A stretch of DNA of 64,000 nt from an uncultured Alphaproteobacteria bacterium. Its GTDB lineage: Bacteria > Pseudomonadota > Alphaproteobacteria > HIMB59 > GCA-002718135. The position numbers were made by a program, and so were the translations under genes. The notes beneath the pieces are model-generated. The model was not told where the DNA came from and made no database searches. It saw only the letters and a program-made list of their open reading frames with translations. Shown in pieces: positions 21,961 to 36,492 of the stretch. Numbering within the stretch: the stretch's first letter is position 1; every line of letters begins with the position of its first letter. Location: positions 100,738 through 164,737 of the forward strand of contig CACIIL010000001.1 in assembly GCA_902586695.1 (NCBI GenBank). The letters run 5' to 3'.

Positions 21961-24858
21961 ATGAATGATAATTTTTTAAATAGTTCAAATGCACCTTACG
22001 TAGCTGAGCTTTTTTTTAAGTATAAGCAAAATCCAAATAGCATTGATGAGAGCTGGAAAATTTTTTTTTCTTCATTAAATGAAGATGAATTATCCATTAT
22101 GTCAGATTTTGGTGGCCCTGAATGGAAGAAAAGAAACACTAATGTTATTGATGATATTTCTTTTGATAAAGTTATTCGTTCCTCTACAAGTAGGGATTTT
22201 AATAGTTTTAAAACCTCCACATTAGATTCAATTCGCGCTTTACGTCTAATTCGTGCTTACCGAATAAATGGACATCTTATTGCTAACCTAGATCCACTTA
22301 ATTTACATGAAAAAAACTATCATCCTGAGTTAGATTATAAATCATACGGTTTTTCTGAAAATGATTTGGATAGAGAGATATTTATTGATGGTAGTCTAGG
22401 CTTAGAAACTGCAACTTTAAATGAAATTATTAAAATTTTAAACAAAACTTATTCTTCATCTATTGGTGTTGAATTTTTACATATTCAATCAGTAGAACAA
22501 AAGCAATGGGTTCAAGAGAGAATAGAAGAAGTTTATAATAAAACTCATTTTACAAATCAGGGTAAAAAAGCAATTTTTCAAAGATTATTGGAGTCAGAAT
22601 TATTTGAACAATATTTAGATAAAAAGTTTTTAGGGACTAAAAGATATGGAATTGAAGGTGGGGAATCAATGATTCCAGGAATTGAACAAATTGTTAAACA
22701 ATCATGTTTATTAGGAGTAGAAGATATATATTTTGGTACTGCTCACAGAGGTAGATTAACTTTATTGGCTACTGTTTTAGGAATGCCATACAGGGGAATT
22801 TTATCTAAATTTCAAGGAAATTTAAATGACCCTAATGAAGTATTAGGCTCAGGAGACGTAAAATATCATTTAGGAGTATCAAGTGACAGAGAATTTAATG
22901 GAAAAAAAATTCATTTATCTCTAACACCAAACCCATCTCATCTTGAGGCAGTTGATCCAGTTGTTATAGGTAAAGTAAGAGCAAAACAAACTTTATTAAA
23001 AGACAAAAATAATAATAAAGTATTTGGAATTTTAATTCATGGTGATGCCGCAATGGCAGGACAAGGTGTGGTGGCTGAAACATTTGCAATGTCTCAACTT
23101 AGAGGTTTTAGAACAGGAGGAACAATTCATTTTGTTATAAATAATCAAATTGGTTTTACAACGAGTCCACATTATGGTCGCTCGGCTCCTTATTGTACAG
23201 AGATTGCTAAAATGGTCCAAGCACCAATTTTTCATGTCAATGGTGATGACCCAGAGGCAGTAGTACATGTTTGTAGACTGGCAGCAGAATATAGAAATTT
23301 ATTTAAAGAAGATGTGGTAATTGATATGTTTTGTTACAGACGTTCTGGACACAATGAAGCAGATGAGCCAATGTTTACTCAACCTTTGATGTATAAAAAA
23401 ATTAAGGAACAACAAACAACACTTAATTTATATAAAGAACAGTTAATAAAAGAGGAAATATTAGTCGAAGAAGAAGCTAAACTTAAATTTTTAGAGTTTA
23501 AAAAATTTTTAGATAATGAATTTGAATTATCGAAATCTTATAAACCAAATAAAGCTGATTGGTTAGATGGAACATGGATAGGAATAAAGATTGCTTCGAT
23601 TGATGCAAGACGAGGAAAAACATCTTCAAATGAAGAAGATTTAAAAAAAATTGCAAAAGAGATTCATACTATTCCTGAAAAATTTAATATCCATAAAAGA
23701 ATTAAAAAAATATATAACGATAGATATCAATCAATTGTTGAAAGTAATAATATTGATTGGGCTACAGCAGAAGCACTCGCATTTGCTACATTACTTAAAG
23801 ATGGTTATGGGGTTCGTCTTTCAGGACAAGATGTAGGTAGAGGAACATTTAGTCATCGTCATGCTGTATTATATGATCAAGAAAATGAAAAACGATTTGT
23901 TCCTCTTCGTCACTTTAGAAAAGAACAAGCTCTATTTGAAATTGTTGATAGTTTTCTATCTGAATTTGGAGTGCTTGGTTTTGAGTATGGCTATTCTCAA
24001 GCAGATCCAAAAACTTTAGTGCTTTGGGAAGCTCAATTTGGTGATTTTTCTAATGGAGCACAAACAATTATTGATCAATTCATTACAACTGGTGAGAGAA
24101 AATGGTTACGTATGTCTGGTTTAACTTTATTACTTCCTCATGGACACGAAGGACAAGGCCCAGAACATACAAGTTCTCGAATAGAAAGATTTTTACAAAT
24201 GTGCGCCGAAGACAACATTCAAGTTGCAAATTGTACTAGTCCTGCGAATTACTTCCATATTTTAAGAAGACAAATGATGAGAAATTTTCGCAAACCACTA
24301 ATTTTGATGACACCAAAATCAACTCTTCGTCATAAAAGAAATACTTCAAAAATAGAAGATTTTATAAATGGTTCAACCTTCCATAGAATTTTATACAATC
24401 CTTTATCTAATAAAAAAATAAAGGATATTGATAGATTAATTTTTTGTTCAGGAAAAATTTATTTTGAGTTGCAGGATCATATTAATGAACTTAAAATTAA
24501 TAATATTCATATAATTCGGTTAGAACAATTATACCCATTTCCATATGAAGCATTAAAACAAATAACAAAACAATTTATTCATTGTGAGATGATTTGGTGT
24601 CAAGAAGAACCTAAAAATATGGGGGCATGGCAATTCATTGAAGACAGACTAAAGTCAGTATTGCATATTATAGGTTCTAAAAGAGAATTATTTTTTATTG
24701 GTAGAAGAGCCTCTGCATCTCCAGCAACTGGAGTGTTTGATAGACATATTGCAAACCAAAAAAATATTATTAGACTAGCTACTGAAGCTAGTCTAGATGA
24801 AGTAGAAAAAGAAAAAATAGGGGTTTCGCTTGTTAAATATAAACTGCCAATTGAATAA
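21961..24858 (+). CDS. sucA: 2-oxoglutarate dehydrogenase E1
   Basis: AHRGRL, GDVKYHLG, HGDAA, WEAQFGDF, GQGPEH. Confidence 0.97.
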   Translation: MNDNFLNSSNAPYVAELFFKYKQNPNSIDESWKIFFSSLNEDELSIMSDFGGPEWKKRNTNVIDDISFDKVIRSSTSRDFNSFKTSTLDSIRALRLIRAYRINGHLIANLDPLNLHEKNYHPELDYKSYGFSENDLDREIFIDGSLGLETATLNEIIKILNKTYSSSIGVEFLHIQSVEQKQWVQERIEEVYNKTHFTNQGKKAIFQRLLESELFEQYLDKKFLGTKRYGIEGGESMIPGIEQIVKQSCLLGVEDIYFGTAHRGRLTLLATVLGMPYRGILSKFQGNLNDPNEVLGSGDVKYHLGVSSDREFNGKKIHLSLTPNPSHLEAVDPVVIGKVRAKQTLLKDKNNNKVFGILIHGDAAMAGQGVVAETFAMSQLRGFRTGGTIHFVINNQIGFTTSPHYGRSAPYCTEIAKMVQAPIFHVNGDDPEAVVHVCRLAAEYRNLFKEDVVIDMFCYRRSGHNEADEPMFTQPLMYKKIKEQQTTLNLYKEQLIKEEILVEEEAKLKFLEFKKFLDNEFELSKSYKPNKADWLDGTWIGIKIASIDARRGKTSSNEEDLKKIAKEIHTIPEKFNIHKRIKKIYNDRYQSIVESNNIDWATAEALAFATLLKDGYGVRLSGQDVGRGTFSHRHAVLYDQENEKRFVPLRHFRKEQALFEIVDSFLSEFGVLGFEYGYSQADPKTLVLWEAQFGDFSNGAQTIIDQFITTGERKWLRMSGLTLLLPHGHEGQGPEHTSSRIERFLQMCAEDNIQVANCTSPANYFHILRRQMMRNFRKPLILMTPKSTLRHKRNTSKIEDFINGSTFHRILYNPLSNKKIKDIDRLIFCSGKIYFELQDHINELKINNIHIIRLEQLYPFPYEALKQITKQFIHCEMIWCQEEPKNMGAWQFIEDRLKSVLHIIGSKRELFFIGRRASASPATGVFDRHIANQKNIIRLATEASLDEVEKEKIGVSLVKYKLPIE

Positions 24859-24887
24859 ACAATCTAAAATGTTAATAAGAATATAAA

Positions 24888-26093
24888 ATGTCTATAGAGT
24901 TAATAGTACCAACTCTTGGTGAATCAATAACAGAGGCTACTGTCTCAAAATGGTTAAAAAAAGTTGGAGATTCTTTTGAAGTCGATGAACCTTTAGTTGA
25001 AATCGAAACAGATAAAATTACTGTTGAAATTCCTGCACCAAGTGCAGGATCAATTTCAGAAATTAAAGTAAAAGAAGGAGCTGATGTTAATATAGGTGGT
25101 GTTCTAGCTCTTTTGGGAGATAGTCAAAAATCAAACAATATTTCAAAAAAGAATAGTAAAATTGAAAACAATTCTGAAGTAAAAGAAGAGCATAAAAAAC
25201 TAAAAAATAAAACAGATAATATTATCTCATATAAAAATGAAAATAATAAATTATCGCCTTCAGTAAAAAAACTAATTGAGGAAAATCATTTAAGTGCTAA
25301 TCAAATTTTACCTACTAGATCAGACGGTCGTTTGACTAAAGAAGATGTAATGAATTTCATTAAGACTTCATCATCTTCACTACAATCTTCTAAAGAAAGA
25401 GAAGAAATAGTTAAAATGTCAAAGATTAGAAAAACTATAGCAACTAGACTAAAAGAGTCTCAAAATACAGCAGCAATTTTAACTACATTTAATGAAGTAG
25501 ATATGTCTGAAATAACTAAAGTTCGAGAATCTAAAAAAGAAGATTTTTTGGAGCGGTATAATGTCAAGCTTGGAATTATGTCTTTTTTTGTAAAAGCAGT
25601 TGTTCAAAGTTTACAAGAATTCCCAGCTGTTAATGCTGAAATTAGAGATGAAAATATCATCTATAAAAATCATTTTGATATCGGGATAGCTGTAGGAACT
25701 GAAAAAGGTTTAGTTGTTCCTGTTCTTAAAAATGCTGATACTATGTCATTTGGAGATATTGAACAAAAAATTGTTGAGCTTAGTACGAAAGCAAAAGATG
25801 GAAGTCTAACAATGGAAGATTTAACAGGTGGCACCTTTACTATTTCAAATGGAGGGATTTATGGATCTATGTTAAGCACTCCAATTATTAATAGACCCCA
25901 ATCAGGCATATTAGGGATACATAACATTCAAAAGAGAGCAGTTGTTATTGATGATGAAATTGTTATTCGACCAATGATGTATCTTGCTTTTAGCTATGAT
26001 CACCGCATTATAGATGGAAAAGAAAGTGTAGGATTCTTAGTTAGTATAAAACAATTATTGGAAAATCCATCTAAATTAATTTTAGGAGTATAG
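24888..26093 (+). CDS. sucB: dihydrolipoamide succinyltransferase E2
   Basis: ETDK lipoyl site, E3-binding domain, YDHRIIDG. Confidence 0.97.
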   Translation: MSIELIVPTLGESITEATVSKWLKKVGDSFEVDEPLVEIETDKITVEIPAPSAGSISEIKVKEGADVNIGGVLALLGDSQKSNNISKKNSKIENNSEVKEEHKKLKNKTDNIISYKNENNKLSPSVKKLIEENHLSANQILPTRSDGRLTKEDVMNFIKTSSSSLQSSKEREEIVKMSKIRKTIATRLKESQNTAAILTTFNEVDMSEITKVRESKKEDFLERYNVKLGIMSFFVKAVVQSLQEFPAVNAEIRDENIIYKNHFDIGIAVGTEKGLVVPVLKNADTMSFGDIEQKIVELSTKAKDGSLTMEDLTGGTFTISNGGIYGSMLSTPIINRPQSGILGIHNIQKRAVVIDDEIVIRPMMYLAFSYDHRIIDGKESVGFLVSIKQLLENPSKLILGV

Positions 26094-27491
26094 ATGGTAG
26101 ATTTTGATTTAATTGTAATTGGTGCAGGACCTGGGGGATATGTAGCAGCGATTAGAGGGGCTCAATTAGGAATGAAAGTTGCTTGCATTGAAAAAGAAAA
26201 AACATTAGGTGGAACTTGTTTAAATATTGGTTGCATTCCTTCTAAGGCACTTTTAAATTCATCAGAGAAATATTTTGAAATTTCCAAACATTTAGATGAA
26301 CACGGAATATCTACTGGTAAAGTTGCTCTAGACTTATCTAAATTAATGCAACGCAAAAACAAAATAGTTAAACAATTAACTTCAGGAATTGGTTTTTTAT
26401 TTAAAAAAAATAAGATTACACATATTCAAGGATTCGCTTCTTTTATTGATAATAAAAAAATTAAAGTTACTACTTCTGAAGGTGAAAAAAATTACACAGC
26501 AACAAATTTTATCATTGCAACAGGTTCTACTTCCATTGCAATTGATGCGATACCTGTAGATGAAAAACAAATTGTTACTTCTACGGGAGCTTTAGCACTA
26601 GAGTCAGTGCCAAAATCTCTTTTAGTTATTGGTGGTGGTTATATTGGCTTAGAGATGGGTTCCGTATGGAGTAGACTTGGATCAAAAGTTACAGTGGTAG
26701 AAGCATTAGATAGAATTGTTCCAACTATGGATGAAGAAATTGCTAAAGAATTTATGAAATCTCTTCAAAAACAAGGATTAGAATTTAAACTTTCCCATAA
26801 AGTTATATCAACAAAAGGCGGTAAATCTGGTGTTGATGTTTTGATGGAAACTTCAGATAAGAAAGAAATTGCTGAAAAATATGATGTGGTTTTAATGTCT
26901 GTTGGTCGTCAACCAAACACGGACGGTCTTAATTTAGAAGGGATTGGTGTAAAATTAAATCAACAAAAATCTATTAAAATAAATACTAAATTTAAAACAA
27001 ATATAGATGGAATTTTTGCTATCGGAGACGTTGTTCCTGGTCCAATGTTGGCTCATAAAGCTGAGGAAGAAGGAGTTGCTTGTGTGGAATTTATAAATGA
27101 TCAAAAACCTCATATTAATTATAATATTATTCCGGCAATTGTTTATACCAATCCTGAAGTTGCATCTGTTGGTAAAACAGAGAATCAACTAAAGGAAGAA
27201 AAGATTGATTATAAGGTAGGTAAATTTCCTTTTATGGCAAATGGAAGAGCACTTACAACATCATCTACAGGGGGTTTTGTTAAAATTTTAGCAGACTCCA
27301 AAACAGATCAAATCCTCGGAGCCCATATTATTGGTCATGATGCAGGACAACTAATTGCTGAAATTGTAACCACGATGGAATTTGGAGGAAGCTCTGAAGA
27401 TATTGCACGTATATGTCATGCTCACCCAACCACAAGTGAAGCTGTAAAAGAAGCTGCAATGAATATAGAAGGAAGGGCTATTCATATATAA
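26094..27491 (+). CDS. lpdA: dihydrolipoyl dehydrogenase
   Basis: GGTCLNIGCIPSK, HAHPTTSE. Confidence 0.97.
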   Translation: MVDFDLIVIGAGPGGYVAAIRGAQLGMKVACIEKEKTLGGTCLNIGCIPSKALLNSSEKYFEISKHLDEHGISTGKVALDLSKLMQRKNKIVKQLTSGIGFLFKKNKITHIQGFASFIDNKKIKVTTSEGEKNYTATNFIIATGSTSIAIDAIPVDEKQIVTSTGALALESVPKSLLVIGGGYIGLEMGSVWSRLGSKVTVVEALDRIVPTMDEEIAKEFMKSLQKQGLEFKLSHKVISTKGGKSGVDVLMETSDKKEIAEKYDVVLMSVGRQPNTDGLNLEGIGVKLNQQKSIKINTKFKTNIDGIFAIGDVVPGPMLAHKAEEEGVACVEFINDQKPHINYNIIPAIVYTNPEVASVGKTENQLKEEKIDYKVGKFPFMANGRALTTSSTGGFVKILADSKTDQILGAHIIGHDAGQLIAEIVTTMEFGGSSEDIARICHAHPTTSEAVKEAAMNIEGRAIHI

Positions 27492-27512
27492 AAGAAATAA
27501 TGGTGTTTATAA

Positions 27513-27719
27513 TTAAATTTTTGCTAAATCCATTGCTTTTTTGTATTTTTTTGATGACTGTTTTACAACTGCTTGACCGCATCTCATAATCTTTCTTTTA
27601 TGATCAAAAGTCATTTTTGGTTCGCCATGCAATTTCCATCCATTAGATAATGCTTCAGTAACTCTTTGGCAAAAATCAATAGTATCATCATCTGTTATAA
27701 ATCTATAACCTTTCATCAT
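27513..27719 (-). CDS. DUF1737 family protein
   Basis: YRFIT..D..FC.RVT.AL..GW.L.G.P..CGQAVVK; GGAG RBS. Confidence 0.8.
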   Translation of the reverse strand: MMKGYRFITDDDTIDFCQRVTEALSNGWKLHGEPKMTFDHKRKIMRCGQAVVKQSSKKYKKAMDLAKI

Positions 27720-27726
27720 TAACTCC

Positions 27727-28395
27727 TTATTTTATATTTAATAGATTAATTTCTATGATTTTAATTAAATATTCTACAAGATCAGTTTGCATATCAACTG
27801 TAAATTTATTTTTATCTTTAGACCCCATAGCTAAAACAATTATGTCTTCATTAAATTTAATTTTTAACAAAATATATGATTTAATAATTGAGGATTTATT
27901 TGGAAAAAAAAGTAACAAACCCTTAGGGTTTTGATTTAAGTTTGTTATAGCTTTGTTTTTAAAATAACTATGTGCAATTTTTGAATCAATTTGTATTAAA
28001 TTATCAACTTTAATATCTTCCCTTGTAATAAAGCAATTCATTTCATCACATCCAAGAATTATTTTAAGATCACTTTTGATAAGGCTTATAAGTTTTGGTA
28101 AATTTTTAATATTTAAAATTCTTATTGTTGATTTTAAAACTCTTTTTTGAGCATTAAGATGGCTTTTTCCTGCAAGCAAAATTTGTGTCATTTGATTTTG
28201 TAAATCAATATTTTCCTGATTGATTTTTTTATATCTATACACCTGCAGATCAATTACTTTTTCTGAACCTTTATCTTTTAAAGGAATTTTTAAACCTCTT
28301 ATTATTTCAGGATATTTAATGAAAAAGTTTTTATTTTTTTTTAAAAATTTTATTACCAGTTCTTCTTGAGAACTGATTTCATCATTTTTTTTCAT
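27727..28395 (-). CDS. DUF484 family protein (YigA-like)
   Basis: VIKFLKKNKNFF..YPE, VIDLQ, MGSKD..F..TDL; downstream of transaldolase. Confidence 0.7.
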   Translation of the reverse strand: MKKNDEISSQEELVIKFLKKNKNFFIKYPEIIRGLKIPLKDKGSEKVIDLQVYRYKKINQENIDLQNQMTQILLAGKSHLNAQKRVLKSTIRILNIKNLPKLISLIKSDLKIILGCDEMNCFITREDIKVDNLIQIDSKIAHSYFKNKAITNLNQNPKGLLLFFPNKSSIIKSYILLKIKFNEDIIVLAMGSKDKNKFTVDMQTDLVEYLIKIIEINLLNIK

Positions 28396-29055
28396 TTATT
28401 TTGGAATTATTGATTGCCCTGTTTTTTTCCAATCTTCTAAAAAGGCAGTTAATCCTTTATCTGTTAAAGAATGATTGTATAATTCATGAATAACTTTTGG
28501 AGGCAATGTTGACACATCGGCACCTATTATTGCAGCATCAATAACATGTTGGGCTGATCTAATAGAGGCAACAAGAACCTCTGTTTTAAAGTCATAATTG
28601 TCATATATATCAACAATATCTTCTATGAGATCCATACCGTTTTCACCAATGTCATCCAAACGCCCAACAAAAGGAGATATAAAAGAAGCACCTGCCTTTG
28701 CTGCCAATAAAGCCTGAGCAGCAGAAAAGCATAGAGTAACATTAACCATAATATTTTTCTCTCTTAGCGCTTTGCAAGTTTTTAAACCATTTGGAGTGAG
28801 AGGCACTTTCACAGCAATGTTTTTTGCTAGAGATGCCAAATATTCACCTTCTTGTAACATGGTATCAAAGTCTGTTGCAGTAACTTCTGCGCTTACCGGA
28901 CCTGAAACAATAGAACAAATTGCTTTGATAGTTTTGGCCATATCATCACCATTTTTAGCGATAAGAGAGGGATTTGTTGTGACCCCGTCAACGAATCCAG
29001 TTGGGATAAGTTCTTCTATTTCTTTAATATTAGCTGTATCAACAAAGAATTTCAT
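28396..29055 (-). CDS. tal: transaldolase / fructose-6-phosphate aldolase family
   Basis: [33 protein letters not shown]. Confidence 0.9.
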   Translation of the reverse strand: MKFFVDTANIKEIEELIPTGFVDGVTTNPSLIAKNGDDMAKTIKAICSIVSGPVSAEVTATDFDTMLQEGEYLASLAKNIAVKVPLTPNGLKTCKALREKNIMVNVTLCFSAAQALLAAKAGASFISPFVGRLDDIGENGMDLIEDIVDIYDNYDFKTEVLVASIRSAQHVIDAAIIGADVSTLPPKVIHELYNHSLTDKGLTAFLEDWKKTGQSIIPK

Positions 29056-29119
29056 TGATTGCTGTATATCATATAAGTGATATTTAAAAAGTTAAGATTA
29101 TAAAAATTTAGAATAGAAT

Positions 29120-31072
29120 ATGTACTATAACATTATTGTTGATAGACCTTTTGATCAAGTTTTTACTTATAAAGCTGATCATCAATCATTAGAGGTTGGC
29201 CAAGTCGTTATTGTTCCATTTGGTAAATCTGAGCAGATTGGAATTATTTGGGAACCCGATGTTAAAAAACCTAATTATAAAATAAAAAAAATAAATACAG
29301 TAATTGATGGAATTAAATTAAATGAGAAAAATATAAAATTTTTAAAATGGGTAAGTGATTATACTCTCGCTCCTTTAGGGTCTGTTTTAAAATTGTTAAC
29401 AATAAATAAAGAAATTGTGAGTTATAATAAAGAGAAGAAAACACTTCTTATTCCAAAATTTAAATCCACAAAACTTAATAAAGAGCAAAATAAAATTAAA
29501 AAAAGTATTATGAAAATCCAAAAATTATCTGATAAACCAATTGTTTTAGAAGGTGTAACAGGTTCAGGGAAAACAGAAGTATATTTTGATTTAATTGAAT
29601 TGGAAATTAAACAATCTAAACAGATTCTTATTATGGTTCCAGAGATTAGTCTCACTCCTCAATTAGAAAATAGATTTAAGGACAGATTTGGGATGGAAAT
29701 TGATATCTGGCATTCTAAGATTACACCAAAAAAAAGAAAAGAAATCTGGCATAAATGTTATAATGGTGATCCTATTGTTATTGTAGGTGCACGCTCAAGT
29801 TTGTTTTTACCTTTCAAAAATTTAAGTTTAATTGTTATCGATGAGGAACATGATTCTTCTTATAAACAAGAAGATAATATACGATATCAAGCAAGAGATT
29901 TGGCAGTTGTAAAATCAAGCATAGAAAATAATAATCTTATATTGACTTCTGCTACACCTTCACTTGAAACAATTAATAATATTAATAATAAAAAATATCA
30001 TCATGTTTTTTTATCAAAACAATATTCCGGATTACCACTCCCAGAAATATTTTTAGTTGATTTATCAAAAAATAAGTTAGAAAGAAATAAATGGATTTCC
30101 TCATTACTAAAAGTTCAAATTGAAAATTGTTTAGAAAATAAAGAACAAGCATTAATATTTTTGAATCGAAGAGGTTACTCACCTTTAAGTTTATGTGTTG
30201 ATTGTGGATACCGACATCAATGTCAACAATGTTCATCCTGGTTAGTGATGCATCAACAAAAAAAGCGATTGCTTTGTCATCAGTGCGGCAGAATAGAAGA
30301 GATGTCTTTTGATTGCCCAAAATGTCTAGCCAAAGGGTCTATAAAATTTGTTGGACCAGGTGTTGAAAGAATTGCTGAAGAGCTTAATCAAAAATTTTCT
30401 GAAAAAAAAATTGGCGTTATGTCAAGTGACATTATTAATTCACCAAAGAAAATAAAGAATTTAATTACAAAATTTTCTAATAAAGAAATTGATATCATAG
30501 TAGCAACCCAAATAATGGCAAAAGGTTATGATTTTCCCAATCTATCACTAGTAGGCATTATTGATGCTGATGCCGGATTGTTTGGCGGTGATATGAGAGC
30601 TATAGAAAAAACTTACAATATGTTACAGCAAGTTAGCGGTAGAGCCGGTAGATCCCAACAAGCAGGAAAAGTAATTATTCAAACATACTATCCAGAACAG
30701 CCTATTATACAATCTTTAAAAAAAAGAGATCGTTCTGCTTTTATTAAACAGGCATTAATAGAAAGGGAACAATTTAATATACCGCCTTTTGGGTTTATGA
30801 CTTCAATAATTATTTCAGGATCATCAAAAGCTAATGTCCTAAAAATTTCACAAAAATTAGTATTTGAAAGTAAACATTCTGAAAAGATTGATGTTCTTGG
30901 TCCGGTTGAGGCTCCTATTAATTTATTGAAAGGACAATTCAGATATAGGATTCTGCTTAAGGGAAACAACAGGAAAAACTTGAATATTTTTACTAAAAAA
31001 ATGCTCAGATCAACCAAGATACCCTCGTCAATAAGGGTTGTGGTTGATGTTGATCCTTATACATTTATGTGA
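29120..31072 (+). CDS. priA: primosomal protein N' (PriA helicase)
   Basis: GVTGSGKTEVY, DEEHD, SATPS, four CxxC pairs, QVSGRAGR, DVDP. Confidence 0.96.
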   Translation: MYYNIIVDRPFDQVFTYKADHQSLEVGQVVIVPFGKSEQIGIIWEPDVKKPNYKIKKINTVIDGIKLNEKNIKFLKWVSDYTLAPLGSVLKLLTINKEIVSYNKEKKTLLIPKFKSTKLNKEQNKIKKSIMKIQKLSDKPIVLEGVTGSGKTEVYFDLIELEIKQSKQILIMVPEISLTPQLENRFKDRFGMEIDIWHSKITPKKRKEIWHKCYNGDPIVIVGARSSLFLPFKNLSLIVIDEEHDSSYKQEDNIRYQARDLAVVKSSIENNNLILTSATPSLETINNINNKKYHHVFLSKQYSGLPLPEIFLVDLSKNKLERNKWISSLLKVQIENCLENKEQALIFLNRRGYSPLSLCVDCGYRHQCQQCSSWLVMHQQKKRLLCHQCGRIEEMSFDCPKCLAKGSIKFVGPGVERIAEELNQKFSEKKIGVMSSDIINSPKKIKNLITKFSNKEIDIIVATQIMAKGYDFPNLSLVGIIDADAGLFGGDMRAIEKTYNMLQQVSGRAGRSQQAGKVIIQTYYPEQPIIQSLKKRDRSAFIKQALIEREQFNIPPFGFMTSIIISGSSKANVLKISQKLVFESKHSEKIDVLGPVEAPINLLKGQFRYRILLKGNNRKNLNIFTKKMLRSTKIPSSIRVVVDVDPYTFM

Positions 31073-31192
31073 TTTATTCACAATTAGAGTCGAAATATCA
31101 AAATTTACATATTTGACGCATTAACTGGGAGTTTACCTGCTTTTTCTGATGTGTTAATAGCCACTCACTAATTCCTTACGGAGAATAATTTA

Positions 31193-31750
31193 ATGGCATC
31201 ACAACTAGCTTCAGGAGATCTTATATCTGATAGATATGCATCTGCTTTATATGATTTAGCAGCAGAAAAAAAGCTTGTTGATTCTGTGTTAGGCGACTTA
31301 TCAAATTTAAAAAATATTTTAAAGGATAATAAAGAATTAAGTTTAGTTATTAAAAGTCCTTTAATAACCTCTGTTGATAAACTAAATATTTTTGAAAGCC
31401 TGTTAAAAAAAATTAATGCCAATGAACTTACAAGTACATTTCTAAAAGTAATTGAAAAAAATAAAAGATTTTCTAACCTTGTATCAATCATTACACAATT
31501 TATGAATATCAATTCACAAAAAAGAGGTAATGTTCTTGCTGATATTAAGTCAGCTGACGAATTAAATGATGATCAAAAAAATAATATTACCAATCAGTTA
31601 AAAAGTATTTTAGGTGACAAGTTATCTTTGTCCTTTGATGTTGATAAAAATATTATGGGTGGATTAATTGTTAAAGTGGGATCAAAAATGATTGATACCT
31701 CACTGGCTAATAAAATAAATAAACTTAAAATCGCAATGAAGGGGGCGTAA
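31193..31750 (+). CDS. atpH: ATP synthase F1 delta subunit
   Basis: [23 protein letters not shown]. Confidence 0.95.
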   Translation: MASQLASGDLISDRYASALYDLAAEKKLVDSVLGDLSNLKNILKDNKELSLVIKSPLITSVDKLNIFESLLKKINANELTSTFLKVIEKNKRFSNLVSIITQFMNINSQKRGNVLADIKSADELNDDQKNNITNQLKSILGDKLSLSFDVDKNIMGGLIVKVGSKMIDTSLANKINKLKIAMKGA

Positions 31751-33285
31751 TGGAAATAAAAGCAGCTGAAATTTCATCAGTAATAAAAGATCAGATTGCC
31801 AATTTTGAAACTAAAGCAGATGTAGCTGAGGTGGGAACTGTATTAAGTGTGGGAGATGGTATCGCACGTGTATACGGTCTTGATCAAGTACAAGCAGGTG
31901 AGATGGTAGAATTTCCAGGCGGAATCAAAGGTATGGCCCTTAACCTTGAAATGGATAATGTCGGTGTTTCAATCTTTGGTGATGATACAGGAATTAAAGA
32001 AGGTGATACAGTTAAACGTACAGGAGAAATTGTTGATGTTCCCGTTGGAAAAGAATTATTAGGTCGTGTTGTTGATGGATTAGGTAATCCCATTGATGGT
32101 AAAGGTCCTATTCAATCTTCTGAAAAAAGAAGAATTGAATTAAAGGCACCAGGAATTATTCCTCGTCAAAGTGTATCAGAACCTATGCAGACAGGTATTA
32201 AAGCACTCGATGCACTCGTTCCTGTAGGAAGAGGTCAACGTGAGCTTATTATTGGTGACAGACAGACAGGTAAAACAGCTGTTGCAATTGACACCATACT
32301 AAATCAAAAATCTGTTAACCAATCTGATAATGAGAAAGAGAAATTGTACTGTATCTATGTTGCGATTGGTCAAAAAAGATCAACTGTTGCACAAATTGTT
32401 AAAACTTTAGAGGACAACGGTTCAATGGAATACACTATTGTTGTATCTGCAACTGCATCTGAACCAGCGCCCCTTCAATTTTTGTCGGCTTATACTGGTT
32501 GTACTATGGGTGAATATTTTAGAGATAATGGTATGCATGCTCTTATTGTGTATGATGATTTATCTAAGCAAGCAGTTGCTTATAGACAAATGTCTTTATT
32601 ATTAAGAAGACCTCCAGGACGTGAAGCATACCCAGGAGACGTTTTTTATATTCATAGTCGTTTGCTAGAGAGAGCAGCTAAGATGAGTGATGAACATGGT
32701 GGTGGAAGTTTAACAGCCTTGCCTATTATTGAAACACAAGCTGGAGATTTATCTGCTTATATTCCAACAAATGTTATTTCAATTACCGATGGGCAAATCT
32801 TCTTAGAGACTAATTTATTCTTTGCTGGTATTCGTCCCGCAATTAACGTTGGACTTTCTGTTAGTCGTGTTGGTTCTGCTGCTCAAACAAAAGCAATGAA
32901 AAAAATTGCTGGTCCAGTTAAACTAGAATTAGCTCAATATCGTGAAATGGCAGCATTTGCGCAGTTTGCATCTGATCTTGATGCTTCTACAAAACAATTA
33001 CTTGACCGTGGCGCGAGACTGGTTGAAATTTTGAAACAAGGACAATATTCGCCGCTGACAGTATCTGAACAAGTTGTATCGATTTATGCAGGTGTTCGTG
33101 GGTATTTAGATAAAGTTGCAGTTAATGATGTTGTTCGGTTTGAGACAGAGGTTTTAAATGAAATTAGATCCAGTCATACTGATTTATTAGAAGCTATCGC
33201 AAATGAAAAAGAGTTATCAAAAGAAAATGATGATAAATTAAAATCAATTTTAGATAACATTGTTGAAAAATTTAAGAGTAACTAA
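31750..33285 (+). CDS. atpA: ATP synthase F1 alpha subunit
   Basis: [19 protein letters not shown]. Confidence 0.98.
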   Translation: MEIKAAEISSVIKDQIANFETKADVAEVGTVLSVGDGIARVYGLDQVQAGEMVEFPGGIKGMALNLEMDNVGVSIFGDDTGIKEGDTVKRTGEIVDVPVGKELLGRVVDGLGNPIDGKGPIQSSEKRRIELKAPGIIPRQSVSEPMQTGIKALDALVPVGRGQRELIIGDRQTGKTAVAIDTILNQKSVNQSDNEKEKLYCIYVAIGQKRSTVAQIVKTLEDNGSMEYTIVVSATASEPAPLQFLSAYTGCTMGEYFRDNGMHALIVYDDLSKQAVAYRQMSLLLRRPPGREAYPGDVFYIHSRLLERAAKMSDEHGGGSLTALPIIETQAGDLSAYIPTNVISITDGQIFLETNLFFAGIRPAINVGLSVSRVGSAAQTKAMKKIAGPVKLELAQYREMAAFAQFASDLDASTKQLLDRGARLVEILKQGQYSPLTVSEQVVSIYAGVRGYLDKVAVNDVVRFETEVLNEIRSSHTDLLEAIANEKELSKENDDKLKSILDNIVEKFKSN

Positions 33286-33287
33286 TA

Positions 33288-35616
<2,329 letters not shown>

Positions 35617-35617
<1 letters not shown>

Positions 35618-36015
35618 TGGCAACAATCTCTTTTGATTTAGTTTCACCTGAAAACCTCATTTTTAACGATGAGGCAGGAATGATTATTGTTCCAGGCAAG
35701 GACGGCGATTTTGGCGTTCTTCCTGGACACAGCAAAGTTATGTCATCGTTAAGACCTGGAAGAGTTATGGTTTATGGTGAAGATAAAAACTTACTAAAAG
35801 CATTTTTTGTATCCGGTGGTTTTGCTGAAGTAAATCCAGAAAAATGTATAATTCTTGCGGAAAGTGTTAATGAAATTAACACACTTGAAAAATCAGTTAT
35901 AGAAAAAGAAATTCAAGATTTAGATAGCGAAGAAAATGATATTGCCAAAGAACAATTATCAATAGCTAGAGCAAAATTAAATGCACTAGAATCAAATTTT
36001 TACGAAAAAATTTAA
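35617..36015 (+). CDS. atpC: ATP synthase F1 epsilon subunit
   Basis: LVSPE, GVLPGH, VSGGFAEV. Confidence 0.95.
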
Positions 36016-36028
36016 AAAGAAATATCCA

Positions 36029-36490
36029 TTAAAATAACTCTGTAAATTCATTTAATATTTTTTGGTAAATATTTTTTTTGAAAGGTACAGCATTCTTAAC
36101 TAAATCATTACAATTCATCCATTTCCATTCACTAAATTCTGGATTTTGAGTCTCTACATTTATATCTTTGTCTTTACCTAAGAATTTAAAAATAAACCAT
36201 TTCTGTGTCTGTCCAATATAAATTTTCCCCCAAGGTAGATGTTCAAGAGTTTCTTTAGGTATTTCATAATTTATCCACTGATTAGAAGTTTTATATAGTT
36301 TGGCTTTGTTAGTACCAATTTCTTCCATCATTTCCCTCCAAACAGCCTCTTCAGGATTCTCATTATCATCAATACCTCCTTGAGGCATTTGCCAATATCC
36401 ACTTGGATGATCAAGTCTTCTTCCAACAAGTATGTCATTATTATTATTTAAAATCATCATACCAACACATTTTCTGTATTTATCTAACAT
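36029..36490 (-). CDS. rppH: RNA pyrophosphohydrolase (Nudix)
   Basis: YRKCVG, WQMPQGGID, REMMEEIG, GQTQKWF. Confidence 0.93.
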   Translation of the reverse strand: MLDKYRKCVGMMILNNNNDILVGRRLDHPSGYWQMPQGGIDDNENPEEAVWREMMEEIGTNKAKLYKTSNQWINYEIPKETLEHLPWGKIYIGQTQKWFIFKFLGKDKDINVETQNPEFSEWKWMNCNDLVKNAVPFKKNIYQKILNEFTELF

Positions 36491-36492
36491 AT

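Noticed and set aside
31074..31082. Single DnaA-box match TTATTCACA before atpH
   Set aside because: Isolated matches are expected by chance at this AT content; another occurs inside a CDS near 53104.
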